Notes under the pieces: model-generated | The model's database searches: none | What the model was told of the DNA's origin: nothing | The model's input: the letters and a program-made list of their open reading frames with translations, nothing else | Source of the DNA: Bacteroidales bacterium | GTDB lineage: Bacteria > Bacteroidota > Bacteroidia > Bacteroidales > JAAYJT01 | Direction: 5' to 3' | Length of the DNA stretch: 52,567 nucleotides | Assembly: GCA_034370405.1 (NCBI GenBank) | Contig: JAXMKY010000080.1 | Coordinates: 1-52,567 of the forward strand | Translations under genes and position numbers: made by a program | Shown: one piece after another, positions 9,785 to 19,574 of the stretch | Layout of the letters: the number at the start of each line of letters is the position of its first letter | Numbering within the stretch: the first letter of the stretch is position 1

Positions 9785-10588
9785 ATGAACCAAAATGAAT
9801 TACCCGTCCTTGGATTTGGCTACTGCCACCTATCAGCTGCTCCTTTGAGGGCCGAACCCGGTGAGCGTTCCGAAATGATCTCCCAGTTACTCTTTGGCGA
9901 AACGCTGATGGTGATCGAAAAGCATCATTCATGGCGCCGAATTCGTTGCACCTTTGATAATTATGAAGGTTGGATTGACAAAAAACAGTTTGATGAAATT
10001 GCTGAAGCAGAGTTCATGCGGGTAGCCCACCTACCCAACGTTATGAGTAATGAACTGGTTCAGATCCTTTTCGACCTGAATGGAAACCGAATGTTTCCGT
10101 TGCTTATTGGCAGCTCGCTGCCCGGGCTTGCCGAGCAACAGCTTACGATAGCCGGAAACGTTTATTCATACGAAGGCTCCGTAGTGTGCCCTACCAATCG
10201 GATTTTTCCTCAACAAGTGATTGATACTGCACATCTTTATCTGCACGCGCCTTATTTGTGGGGTGGGCGCAACCCGTTTGGAATTGACTGCTCGGGTTTT
10301 GTGCAAATGGTTTACAAACTATGTGGCATTGCACTAATGCGTGATACGAACCAACAGGCTACACAAGGCGAGGTAGTGAATCTGCACAGCGAATCACGCC
10401 CCGGTGACCTAGCCTTTTTTGATAACGATGAAGAGCAAATCACGCATGTAGGCATCCTCATAGATCAAAACAACATCATCCATGCCAGTGGCCTGGTAAA
10501 AATCAATCAATTTGATCATTTTGGCATTTTTGAACAACTGCAGAAGAAGTACACGCATAAACTACGGATAATCAAACGAATACTTTAA
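9785..10588 (+). CDS. SH3 + NlpC/P60 (C40) cell-wall peptidase
   Basis: 'SEMISQLLFGE', 'PYLWGG...GIDCSGFVQ', 'PGDLAFF...HVGI...IIHASG'. Confidence 0.92.
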   Translation: MNQNELPVLGFGYCHLSAAPLRAEPGERSEMISQLLFGETLMVIEKHHSWRRIRCTFDNYEGWIDKKQFDEIAEAEFMRVAHLPNVMSNELVQILFDLNGNRMFPLLIGSSLPGLAEQQLTIAGNVYSYEGSVVCPTNRIFPQQVIDTAHLYLHAPYLWGGRNPFGIDCSGFVQMVYKLCGIALMRDTNQQATQGEVVNLHSESRPGDLAFFDNDEEQITHVGILIDQNNIIHASGLVKINQFDHFGIFEQLQKKYTHKLRIIKRIL

Positions 10589-10693
10589 TAAAATTTTCCA
10601 TCCGCAAAGATAGCAGGAGAATTGTCGAAAAGTTTTTAACAAATTGTTAATATCTATTTGCTCTCTTATCCTTCAAGATTCTCACTTCCCTTC

Positions 10694-10701
10694 TATATTT
10701 G
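10694..10701 (+). promoter_or_regulatory. Candidate -7 element (TATATTTG) upstream of the TonB receptor
   Basis: TAnnTTTG match in a ~410-bp AT-rich intergenic region. Confidence 0.35.
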
Positions 10702-11000
10702 CGAAAAATAAGAAAATAATACAACGATCACACGATGATTAATAACCAATGTACCCCTGCTCGGTCATCTTTTTTTTATCGCATTACCTGCCGCTTTCCT
10801 CACTGCATTGACAATTTCCAGTATGTTTGACATGTCTAATATTTTTTAAAATATTATTGCAACACTATGCTAATCACATCTCTATCAAATATTTAAAAAA
10901 ACCGGCAGTATTTATACCAATGAAGCATAATCACAACCAAACCTAACATATATTTTTAGAAACCAATTAGTTAATCATTACAAACAAACAATTAGCATTT

Positions 11001-14000
11001 ATGAAAAAAAGATTATTTATCAGCATGCTTGCATTTTTGCTTGCCTTTGGTTGGCAGGCAGTTTATGCACAAGGTGTAACCACAGGCTCAATCAGTGGCA
11101 CCGTTGTTGACGTCTCGGGTTCAAGCCTTCCCAGCGCAACTGTGTTGGCAGTGCATGAGCCTTCGGGCACACGATATGGTTCTACTACCATGCTCGATGG
11201 CCGATTTAATATCATTGGTATGAGAGTGGGTGGGCCTTATTTGATCACTGTCTCGTTTATTGGTTTTGAAAGCCAATCACAAGGCGATGTGCAAATTGGG
11301 CTGGGTGAAACCTCTAATTTCAACTTTGTGTTGCGCGATATCGCTGCGATGCTCGGTGAAATTGAGATCGTTTATGTAAGGGATGGTATATTCAGTGCCA
11401 ACCGAACAGGAGCCTCCACGAGTATTGGCCAGAACGCCATCACAAAGCTCCCTACTCTTTCAAGAAGCATTGGTGATTTCACCCGGCTCACACCTCAAGC
11501 TAGCGGGTCGTCATTTGCAGGGCAGGATAACCGCCTGAACAACATTACAGTTGACGGTTCGTACTTCAACAACTCCTTCGGCCTGGCCGGACAACCCGGC
11601 GACCGCACCGGCGTAGCGCCTATCTCTCTTTCTGCAATCGAGCAAATTGTCGTTAACATTGCTCCATACGACGTACGCCAAGGGAACTTTGTTGGTGCAG
11701 GTATCAACACGGTTACCAAAAGCGGTACCAACACATTTAAGGGCGAAGCATATTACAACTTCCGCAACTCCAATATGGTTGGCCGGCAAGCAAAGGAACT
11801 CAGCATTGACCCAGGAACATTTAAATTCAACCAGCTTGGATTGAGCCTTGGTGGCCCTATTATTAAAAACAAACTCTTTTTCTTTGCCGACTTTGGGCAG
11901 GAAACGCTTGAATCGCCAGGTACTACCTTCCTTGCCAATACAGGTGGACAAACTGTGGCCGGCAATATTACCAGGGTATTGGCCTCCGACCTGAACACAC
12001 TGAGCACATACCTTAGAGAAAAATTCAGTTATGTAACCGGACCCTACCAAGGTTATATGCATGAAACACCTGCCCTTCGGTTCATCGGTAAAATTGACTG
12101 GAACATTAATGACCGGAACAAGTTTAGTATTCGCTACAATCATTTGGATTCAGATACAGATGTATTGTTATCAAACTCATCCTCGCTGGGCTGGGGAACC
12201 CGACGCAGCAACCTGACCGGCTTAAATTTCCAGAACTCAAATTACCAGATTATGGAAAACATCCGTTCAATAATTGGTGAACTAAATACCCGCATTGGCG
12301 ACAATATGTCGAATAACCTGATCTTGGGCTATACCTATCAGGACGAAAGCCGCACTTCAAGAGGTTCGATGTTTCCTATGGTAGATATTCTGAATGGCGG
12401 CACGGTCTATACTACATTTGGTTTTGAACCATTCACCCCAAACAATGAATTGCGTTACGGCACTTACCAACTGCAGAATAATTTTACCATTTTCAAGAAT
12501 AAACATACACTGACTTTCGGTTTGAGTGCCGAAAGGTATGAATCAGAAAATATCTTCTTCCCAGGCTCGCAAGGTATCTATATTTACAACTCTTTGGCTG
12601 ATTTCTATACCGATGCCAACGATTATATTGCAAATCCCAACAGGACAGCATCGCCCATCACACTGCGCAGATTCCAGGTGCGTTGGTCAAACATCCCCGG
12701 AAAAGAAATTCCTGTACAACCCCTGCAGGTTTTCTATGCAGGGATATACGGGCAGGATGAATGGCAATTAACTTCACAGCTTAAGTTAACCGGTGGCCTG
12801 CGCATTGATGTACCTTTTTTCGGAGAAGTTGAATACAGGAATCAGGAAGTTGAAACTATGAAGTTTCTTGATGAAAATAGCGATACAGTTAGATACGCTA
12901 CAAATAAACTACCGGACCCAAAACCTCTTTGGTCGCCCCGACTTGGCTTTAACTGGGATGTCATCGGTAATCGTTCTACCCAGGTGCGCGGTGGCTCTGG
13001 AGTCTTCACCGGACGTCCTGCTTATGTATGGATCTCAAACCAAGTGGGTAATAACGGCATCCTGACAGGATTTGAACAATTGGACGATATCAAGACTCGC
13101 CCGTTTAATCCCAATCCAAATGCCTACAAACCAACCACTGTAACCGGTGCACCAGCCACAAGTTATGAGTTGGCCCTTACTGATCCCGACTTCAAATTCC
13201 CACAGATATGGAGAAGTAATATTGCAGTTGACCAAAAATTACTCTGGGGTGTGATTGGTACGCTTGAATTTATCTATAGCCGCGATGTGAATGGCATCTA
13301 TTACATTAATGCAAATCTAATAAAACCAACTGCTAAATTTGTCGGCCCTGATAATCGTTTGCTCTATCCGGGCGGAACCCCCAACAGGATTAACTCAAAG
13401 ATTACCAGCGCCATCGTACTTAAAAATCAAAATGTTGGAACTGCTTACAACCTTGCCGTTTCGCTCGAAAAACCATTCAGCAAAGGCATATATGCCAAAG
13501 CTGCATACTCCTATGGCATGGCGAAAAACACAGTAGATCCGGGTTCCATCGCTTTCGGTTCCTGGAACAATAACCAGCATCCGGGCAATCCAAATGATCC
13601 TGGTATAGGCTTCTCGGCCAATGCCGCCGGTCACAGAGCATTTGTTGCATTAACATACACAACACCAAGCGCTACCACCTTTTCACTATTTGCTGAGAGT
13701 CGTAACGCTGGTAATTTCTCTTATGTATTCTCAGGCGACCTGAATAGGGATGGTGGTACATCCAATGACCTTATTTATATTCACAAGGATCAAAGTGAAA
13801 TGAATTTTTATCCTTATAGCATTAGTTCTACTGGCTCGATTGTTACTTATAATCCTTCAGTCACTACAAATCGGGCTAATTACTCTGCACAAAATCAGCA
13901 AGATGCATGGGAAGTTTTTATTACACAGGATAACTATTTGAGAAAAAATCGTGGCAAATATGCTGAACGTGGGGCCGTTTTCCTTCCAATGGTCACCAGG

Positions 14001-14330
14001 GTTGATTTCAGTGTTTCGCACGACTTTAAGGTGAACATTGCGGGATCAAAAAATGCCTTCCAGGTAAGAATGGATTTCATTAATGTCGGAAATATGCTTA
14101 ATAAGAATTGGGGGGTGGCAGAGCGCTTTATTGTGAACAATCCACTCATAGTCCGGCCTACAATTACTGGAGGTACACCCGCTACCAGCGGCCCTGTTGA
14201 TCCTGACGGAAAACCCATCTATCGCCTTGCAAATATTGGCAACGCGCTTATCTCTACCACTACTCAACAATCTCTCCTCTTGACTGATGTTTACAGGATT
14301 CAGTTTGGTGTGATGTACTTATTCAACTAG
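11001..14330 (+). CDS. TonB-dependent receptor (Oar-like, carboxypeptidase-regulatory N-terminal domain)
   Basis: Signal peptide, 'MRVGGPY', plug motifs 'NNITVDG' and 'GAGINTVTKSGTN', and a C-terminal beta-strand 'IQFGVMYLFN'. Confidence 0.92.
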   Translation: MKKRLFISMLAFLLAFGWQAVYAQGVTTGSISGTVVDVSGSSLPSATVLAVHEPSGTRYGSTTMLDGRFNIIGMRVGGPYLITVSFIGFESQSQGDVQIGLGETSNFNFVLRDIAAMLGEIEIVYVRDGIFSANRTGASTSIGQNAITKLPTLSRSIGDFTRLTPQASGSSFAGQDNRLNNITVDGSYFNNSFGLAGQPGDRTGVAPISLSAIEQIVVNIAPYDVRQGNFVGAGINTVTKSGTNTFKGEAYYNFRNSNMVGRQAKELSIDPGTFKFNQLGLSLGGPIIKNKLFFFADFGQETLESPGTTFLANTGGQTVAGNITRVLASDLNTLSTYLREKFSYVTGPYQGYMHETPALRFIGKIDWNINDRNKFSIRYNHLDSDTDVLLSNSSSLGWGTRRSNLTGLNFQNSNYQIMENIRSIIGELNTRIGDNMSNNLILGYTYQDESRTSRGSMFPMVDILNGGTVYTTFGFEPFTPNNELRYGTYQLQNNFTIFKNKHTLTFGLSAERYESENIFFPGSQGIYIYNSLADFYTDANDYIANPNRTASPITLRRFQVRWSNIPGKEIPVQPLQVFYAGIYGQDEWQLTSQLKLTGGLRIDVPFFGEVEYRNQEVETMKFLDENSDTVRYATNKLPDPKPLWSPRLGFNWDVIGNRSTQVRGGSGVFTGRPAYVWISNQVGNNGILTGFEQLDDIKTRPFNPNPNAYKPTTVTGAPATSYELALTDPDFKFPQIWRSNIAVDQKLLWGVIGTLEFIYSRDVNGIYYINANLIKPTAKFVGPDNRLLYPGGTPNRINSKITSAIVLKNQNVGTAYNLAVSLEKPFSKGIYAKAAYSYGMAKNTVDPGSIAFGSWNNNQHPGNPNDPGIGFSANAAGHRAFVALTYTTPSATTFSLFAESRNAGNFSYVFSGDLNRDGGTSNDLIYIHKDQSEMNFYPYSISSTGSIVTYNPSVTTNRANYSAQNQQDAWEVFITQDNYLRKNRGKYAERGAVFLPMVTRVDFSVSHDFKVNIAGSKNAFQVRMDFINVGNMLNKNWGVAERFIVNNPLIVRPTITGGTPATSGPVDPDGKPIYRLANIGNALISTTTQQSLLLTDVYRIQFGVMYLFN

Positions 14331-14351
14331 TCTTACTAAACTTTAACTCGC

Positions 14352-14385
14352 AGAGGCTGCCCGCTAAGGGCAGCCTCTCTTTTTT
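14352..14385 (+). terminator. Rho-independent terminator
   Basis: AGAGGCTGCCC-GCTAA-GGGCAGCCTCT followed by a T-tract. Confidence 0.9.
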
Positions 14386-14388
14386 ATT

Positions 14389-14396
14389 TATTTTTG
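14389..14396 (+). promoter_or_regulatory. -7 element (TATTTTTG) for the phosphodiesterase gene
   Basis: TAnnTTTG immediately after the terminator, 23 nt before the ATG. Confidence 0.45.
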
Positions 14397-14419
14397 TAAA
14401 CACACCAAATCATGCTACC

Positions 14420-15640
14420 ATGCTCAAGCCCCTGATGATATATGCACTGATACCGCTGTTTTTCGAATTATATACTATTTCGGCACAGAACAAGAAAGAG
14501 AATTACCTGGTTGTCCTCTCCATGGATGGTTTTCGCTGGGATTATCCTGATCGTACCACCACTCCTACCCTCGACTCTATTGCCCGCGTGGGTATAAAAG
14601 CGATAGCGATCAGGCCGTCATTTCCATCAAAAACTTTTCCCAACCACTACACCTTGGCCACAGGTTTACATCCCGACCATCATGGACTTGTAAATAATAG
14701 CTTTTACGACCCTGCCAGCAACACCACCTTCACCATACGCGATAGTGATGCCAGGGATAACCCAATGTATTACGGAGGTGAACCCATTTGGGTGACTGCC
14801 GAAAAGCAAAACTTAAAAACCGCTTCATTTTTTTGGGTGGGCAGTGAAGTGCCTATACAAGGTATCCGGCCCACGTATTGGAAACGATATCAAAACGACT
14901 TTCCTTTCGAACAACGTATAGATACTGTAATCGCCTGGTTAAATCTCCCTGTTGAAAAACGCCCTCGCCTCATTATGTGGTATATGCACGAACCCGATGC
15001 CATAGGACATATTTATGGCCCTGATGATCCCCGTACGCTGGCCTATGTGAGCTACCTCGATAGTCTTGTAGGTGTCTTTTGCCGAAAAGTTAAATCCTTG
15101 CCTCACGCCAACCGAATCAATCTGATCTTTACCAGCGATCACGGCATGGGCAATATTTCGCCCGACAGGGTGGTAAATTTGATTGATTATGTAGATGAAT
15201 CATGGGTGGAGAAAGCCATAGGTGGCAATCCTGTATATAGTATTAAGGCCAGGACAAGTTTTGCTGACTCAATCTATCATCGGTTAAGTAAGGTTCAAAA
15301 TATCAAGGTATGGAAAAATGGCGAAATGCCTGCCGAATATAACTACGGTACACATCCGCGTACCCTCGATTTGATTGTGGTGGCCGACAGCGCCTGGAGC
15401 ATTGAATGGCGCCGGGGGTCGGGATATGATTACGCCGGAGGAACACATGGTTATGACATTCGCAACACTGATATGCATGCCATTTTTTATGCCAACGGGC
15501 CGGCATTCAAGAAAGGGCACAAGCATCCCGTTTTCGATAATATTGATCTCTACCCATTGATGGCCAGGATATTAGGCCTCACCCCTGCTAAAGTGGATGG
15601 AAGAATAGAAAAAACAAAAAAAATGCTTCGGAAGCGTTAG
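14420..15640 (+). CDS. Nucleotide pyrophosphatase/phosphodiesterase (alkaline phosphatase superfamily), exported
   Basis: 'SMDGFRWDY', 'PSKTFPNHYTLATGLHPDHHG', 'EPD..GH', 'SDHGM', 'GTHGYD'. Confidence 0.93.
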   Translation: MLKPLMIYALIPLFFELYTISAQNKKENYLVVLSMDGFRWDYPDRTTTPTLDSIARVGIKAIAIRPSFPSKTFPNHYTLATGLHPDHHGLVNNSFYDPASNTTFTIRDSDARDNPMYYGGEPIWVTAEKQNLKTASFFWVGSEVPIQGIRPTYWKRYQNDFPFEQRIDTVIAWLNLPVEKRPRLIMWYMHEPDAIGHIYGPDDPRTLAYVSYLDSLVGVFCRKVKSLPHANRINLIFTSDHGMGNISPDRVVNLIDYVDESWVEKAIGGNPVYSIKARTSFADSIYHRLSKVQNIKVWKNGEMPAEYNYGTHPRTLDLIVVADSAWSIEWRRGSGYDYAGGTHGYDIRNTDMHAIFYANGPAFKKGHKHPVFDNIDLYPLMARILGLTPAKVDGRIEKTKKMLRKR

Positions 15641-15755
15641 ATAGTTACTTCCTCCATTCGTTTCATACGGATATTTCGATTGTGGATTGCAGTACTTTCG
15701 CACCTGTATCGGTCAGCTTAGTGGCAATTAATCTAGCCAGACCATTTATTCTTTC

Positions 15756-15763
15756 TAACTTTG
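15756..15763 (+). promoter_or_regulatory. -7 element (TAACTTTG) for the M16 peptidase operon
   Basis: TAnnTTTG match about 100 nt upstream of ATG 15865. Confidence 0.5.
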
Positions 15764-15864
15764 CATATTCACTATAAAATTCGTCATTGTTAGCCCTTGA
15801 CACTGACAGCAAGAATTCAATCTATTAACTTTCAACCCATAAGGACTACCTTAATTAATTCAAA

Positions 15865-17184
15865 ATGAAACATTTAATTTTAATTACAATTGCTTTGTTG
15901 TTCATTTTCAATGCGGCAGCACAACAACGCAAGATTGATTACGTAGAGTACAAACTCAACAACGGTCTTCACGTTATACTGCACCAGGACAACACGACTC
16001 CGGTGGTTGCTGTGACAGTGACCTACCATGTGGGATCGAAAAACGAAAATGCCGACCGCACAGGCTTTGCTCATTTCATGGAGCATTTGATGTTTGAAGG
16101 TTCGGCCAACATCGCTCGTGGTGAGTATTTCAAGATCGTGCAGGATGCAGGTGGCCGGGTGAACGCCTACACTTCGCAAGACAAAACACATTATTACGAG
16201 TTATTGCCCTCCAACCAACTTGAGTTGGGCTTGTGGATGGAAGCCGAACGCATGTTACACCTGGTTATTGATAGCGTGGGCGTGGAAACGCAACGCAGTG
16301 TTGTGAAAGAAGAACGCAGCCAGCGTTATGACAACCAGCCCTATGGTTCTTTTATGGAGGAAATTTTCAAACGGGCTTACAAAGAACACCCATACACCTG
16401 GCTCCCCATTGGTTCGGTGCAATACATTGACCAGGCAAGCCTTGGTGAATTCAGGGAATTCCACAAAACCTATTATGTGCCCAACAATGCTGTGCTTGCC
16501 ATTGCCGGCGATATTGACATTGAGAAAACCAAGAAGCTGATTCACAAATATTTTGCCGATATTTCGGCAGGCAAACAACCGATTGTTCGCCCCATTGTTG
16601 TTGAAAAACCCCTTGACGGCGAAGTAAGAGATATCGTTTACGACAACATCCAGCTTCCTGCTGTGATCCAGGCATATCGTATCCCCGAAAAGGGACACCC
16701 TGACAGTTACGCTTTGGAAATGCTGACCAATATCATGTCGTCGGGTCAAAGTTCGCGAATGTACAAAAGCATTGTGGATGAACAACAAAAAGGGGTTGCC
16801 GTTTTTTCATTTCCTTTCCCGCTTGCCGATCCGGGTTTGTTTATCGTACTCGGCATCACCAACATGGGTGTAACTGCCGATGATCTTGAGAAGGCAATCA
16901 ACACTGAAATCGAAAAACTGAAAAAGGATGGCCTGAGTGAAATGGAGTTCCAAAAGGCACGCAACATGGCTGAAACACAGTTTGTTACAAATAATTCAAG
17001 GGTTTCGACCATTGCCGATCAACTGGCTGAGTATTATATTTTCTATGACGACGCCAACCTGATAAATACCGAAATTGATCGCTACATGAAGGTTAGTCCC
17101 GACGATATCCTAAAGATTGCCAACAAATACCTGAACGACAATAACCGTGTGGTTTTATATTACCTTCCCAAATCTAAAATCTAA
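15865..17184 (+). CDS. M16 (pitrilysin-family) zinc peptidase, catalytic subunit
   Basis: Signal peptide and the inverted zincin motif HFMEH ('GFAHFMEHLMF'), plus 'VVKEER'. Confidence 0.93.
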   Translation: MKHLILITIALLFIFNAAAQQRKIDYVEYKLNNGLHVILHQDNTTPVVAVTVTYHVGSKNENADRTGFAHFMEHLMFEGSANIARGEYFKIVQDAGGRVNAYTSQDKTHYYELLPSNQLELGLWMEAERMLHLVIDSVGVETQRSVVKEERSQRYDNQPYGSFMEEIFKRAYKEHPYTWLPIGSVQYIDQASLGEFREFHKTYYVPNNAVLAIAGDIDIEKTKKLIHKYFADISAGKQPIVRPIVVEKPLDGEVRDIVYDNIQLPAVIQAYRIPEKGHPDSYALEMLTNIMSSGQSSRMYKSIVDEQQKGVAVFSFPFPLADPGLFIVLGITNMGVTADDLEKAINTEIEKLKKDGLSEMEFQKARNMAETQFVTNNSRVSTIADQLAEYYIFYDDANLINTEIDRYMKVSPDDILKIANKYLNDNNRVVLYYLPKSKI

Positions 17185-17200
17185 TTAGGAGTATTTCATT

Positions 17201-19267
17201 ATGAAAAATATTTTTTTAACCATCATTGGCTCAACTATCCTTCTATCCGGATATGCACAGATTGACCGTTCGGTACGTCCGGGTCCAGGTTTTGCACCCC
17301 ACATTGAGCTGGGCGAAGCCAAAACATTCGTCCTTGACAATGGACTTAAAGTATTTGTTGTTGAGAACCGTAAAGTTCCGAGCATTACCTTCTCGATGGT
17401 TTTTGATTATGACCCTGTTTTTGAAGGCCCTGCCGCCGGAATGGTTGATATGACAGGGCAACTTCTGCGCACAGCAACTGCCAATCGTACCAAAAAACAA
17501 ATTGACGAAGAGATTGACTTTATTGGTGCATCGCTAAATGCCAGTGCAACTGATATTTATGCCAGTGGACTCTCGAGGTATGCACCAGCATTAACCGAAC
17601 TACTGGCTGACATCATCATCAATGCCCGCTTCGAAAAGGAACATTTTGACAGGATTAAAACCCAAACCCTTTCTGGACTTGCGGCCTCAAAAAACAACCC
17701 TACTGCCATAGCCAGCAGGGTAAACAATGTTTTACTATACGGTGAACGTCATCCTTACGGCGTGAATGTGACCGAGAAAAGCCTCGAAAACATCACCATT
17801 GATATGTGTTCCAAATTTTTCGAGACCTTCTACAAACCCAATATTACCTACATGGCAATTGTGGGGGACATTAAATTTGACGAAGCTAAAAAACTCGTTG
17901 AGAAGCATTTTGGATACTGGAAAGCCGGGGAGATACCCAGCATGTCTTATCCCGCCCCAAAGCCACCCTTGGGAACACGCGTTGCCATTGTTGACAGGCC
18001 CAATGCTGTGCAGTCAACAATAAACGTAAGCTTTCCGGCAGAACTTAAACCAGGCTCAGAAGATGCCATCGCAGCCCGTGTGATGAACAGCATCCTGGGA
18101 GGAAGCACCTCGCGTTTGTTTAACAACCTTCGCGAGAAGCATGGATTCACTTACGGCGCTTATAGCCGGCTTACTTCCGACAAACTCATTGGGTCGTTTG
18201 TTGCATCAACAGACGTACGCAACATTGCCACCGACAGCGCCGTGCGCGAGATACTATACGAAATCAAGCGAATACGCCAGGAGATTGTCCCTGCCGATGA
18301 ATTGCGACTCTACAAGAATGAAATCAACGGAAATTTTGCCCTCTCGCTCGAAAACCCACAAACCGTGGCCAATTTCTCACTGAATATTGCACGCTATAAA
18401 CTTCCGGCCGACTATTACAACACTTACCTCCAACGATTGGCAGCCATCAACGAAAAACATATTAATGGAGCAGCCAACACATACCTGTTTCCCGACAATG
18501 CAAACATACTTATCGTCGGCAAAGCATCGGAAGTGTCCGAAACAATGAAGGAGTTTGCAAGCGATGGGCGTATACATTATTACGACGAAGACGGCAAAGA
18601 ATATGACCCTGCTAATAGATTAAAGGCTGCACCGCAAGGGATTACTGCAAAACATGTAACCCAGAAATATATCCAGGCCATTGGCGGAGAGAAAAAGCTT
18701 TCCAAAACCAAAGACATAACCATAAATGCTGTCACCAGCATGCAAGGAATGACCATCACCTATGACACCTACCGCAAGGCACCCAATAAAATCAAGGTTG
18801 AAATTGGCAGCGGTGGAACTGTTTTCTCTAAAAAGGTTTTTGATGGAACCAATGGAATGGTTTTCTCGCAGATGGGAAACCAACCCCTTAATGGCGACAT
18901 GCTCGAGGAAATGAGAATTCAGGCCATCTTGAATCCGGAGCTGGACTACCAAAAGCATGGCATCAAACAGGAATTGCTTGGCATCGAGATGGTTGACGGA
19001 AAGGAGGCATATAAAATGAACATCACCTTGCCGCATGGCAAAACCATCACCAACTATTACAATGCTGAAAGCGGGCTGCTGATACGCTCAATCACCGAAA
19101 GCGGAAATACAGATTTTTCGGACTACCGCGATGTGAATGGATTGAAGTTCCCATTTGCTATCAAGCAGGCAATGGGGTCACAAACCATTGACCTGAAGGT
19201 GATTTCTGTAAAAATTAATTCGAAGCTGAAAGACAATTTATTTTCTATGCCAGCCACCCACCAGTAA
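17201..19267 (+). CDS. M16 peptidase partner subunit (no HxxEH) with an extra C-terminal domain
   Basis: 'SRLFNNLREKHGFTYG' motif, no HxxEH, and a ~200-aa C-terminal extension. Confidence 0.88.
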   Translation: MKNIFLTIIGSTILLSGYAQIDRSVRPGPGFAPHIELGEAKTFVLDNGLKVFVVENRKVPSITFSMVFDYDPVFEGPAAGMVDMTGQLLRTATANRTKKQIDEEIDFIGASLNASATDIYASGLSRYAPALTELLADIIINARFEKEHFDRIKTQTLSGLAASKNNPTAIASRVNNVLLYGERHPYGVNVTEKSLENITIDMCSKFFETFYKPNITYMAIVGDIKFDEAKKLVEKHFGYWKAGEIPSMSYPAPKPPLGTRVAIVDRPNAVQSTINVSFPAELKPGSEDAIAARVMNSILGGSTSRLFNNLREKHGFTYGAYSRLTSDKLIGSFVASTDVRNIATDSAVREILYEIKRIRQEIVPADELRLYKNEINGNFALSLENPQTVANFSLNIARYKLPADYYNTYLQRLAAINEKHINGAANTYLFPDNANILIVGKASEVSETMKEFASDGRIHYYDEDGKEYDPANRLKAAPQGITAKHVTQKYIQAIGGEKKLSKTKDITINAVTSMQGMTITYDTYRKAPNKIKVEIGSGGTVFSKKVFDGTNGMVFSQMGNQPLNGDMLEEMRIQAILNPELDYQKHGIKQELLGIEMVDGKEAYKMNITLPHGKTITNYYNAESGLLIRSITESGNTDFSDYRDVNGLKFPFAIKQAMGSQTIDLKVISVKINSKLKDNLFSMPATHQ

Positions 19268-19432
19268 TCCGATAGTAAAACCAAGCCCTGAGGTAACTAA
19301 TAACAAAAGAATCAGAGGCATCTCGACTTTAATAAACAATATCCGGGTTTCGACAGGGATGATGTTTTGAACGATAATCACCCCGACGATAATTGTCAAC
19401 GTGATAATGATAATGCGTCTAAGGTTTTTCAT
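19238..19432 (-). CDS. LapA/DUF1049-family small membrane protein
   Basis: Two TM helices with 'IVQN..PV...ILF.....PLILLLL...LGF.IG'. TAAATTTG is present upstream on the minus strand (19473-19480). Confidence 0.7.
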   Translation of the reverse strand: MKNLRRIIIITLTIIVGVIIVQNIIPVETRILFIKVEMPLILLLLVTSGLGFTIGLLVGGWHRK

Positions 19433-19574
19433 AGTTTGGTTTCGTTACGATTCAATCTTTGATTATCTTCTGCAAATTTATATCTTTACACCTGAAAGAC
19501 AATAATAATTCATCGCTACGCTACAATCAAACGCCCTGAATAATTGCCTTAATTTGACATAAGAGAGAATCCGC

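Noticed and set aside
11511-12143. 210-aa antisense ORF, and many similar short ORFs inside long genes
   Set aside because: These are shadow frames of well-supported genes with no recognisable motifs.
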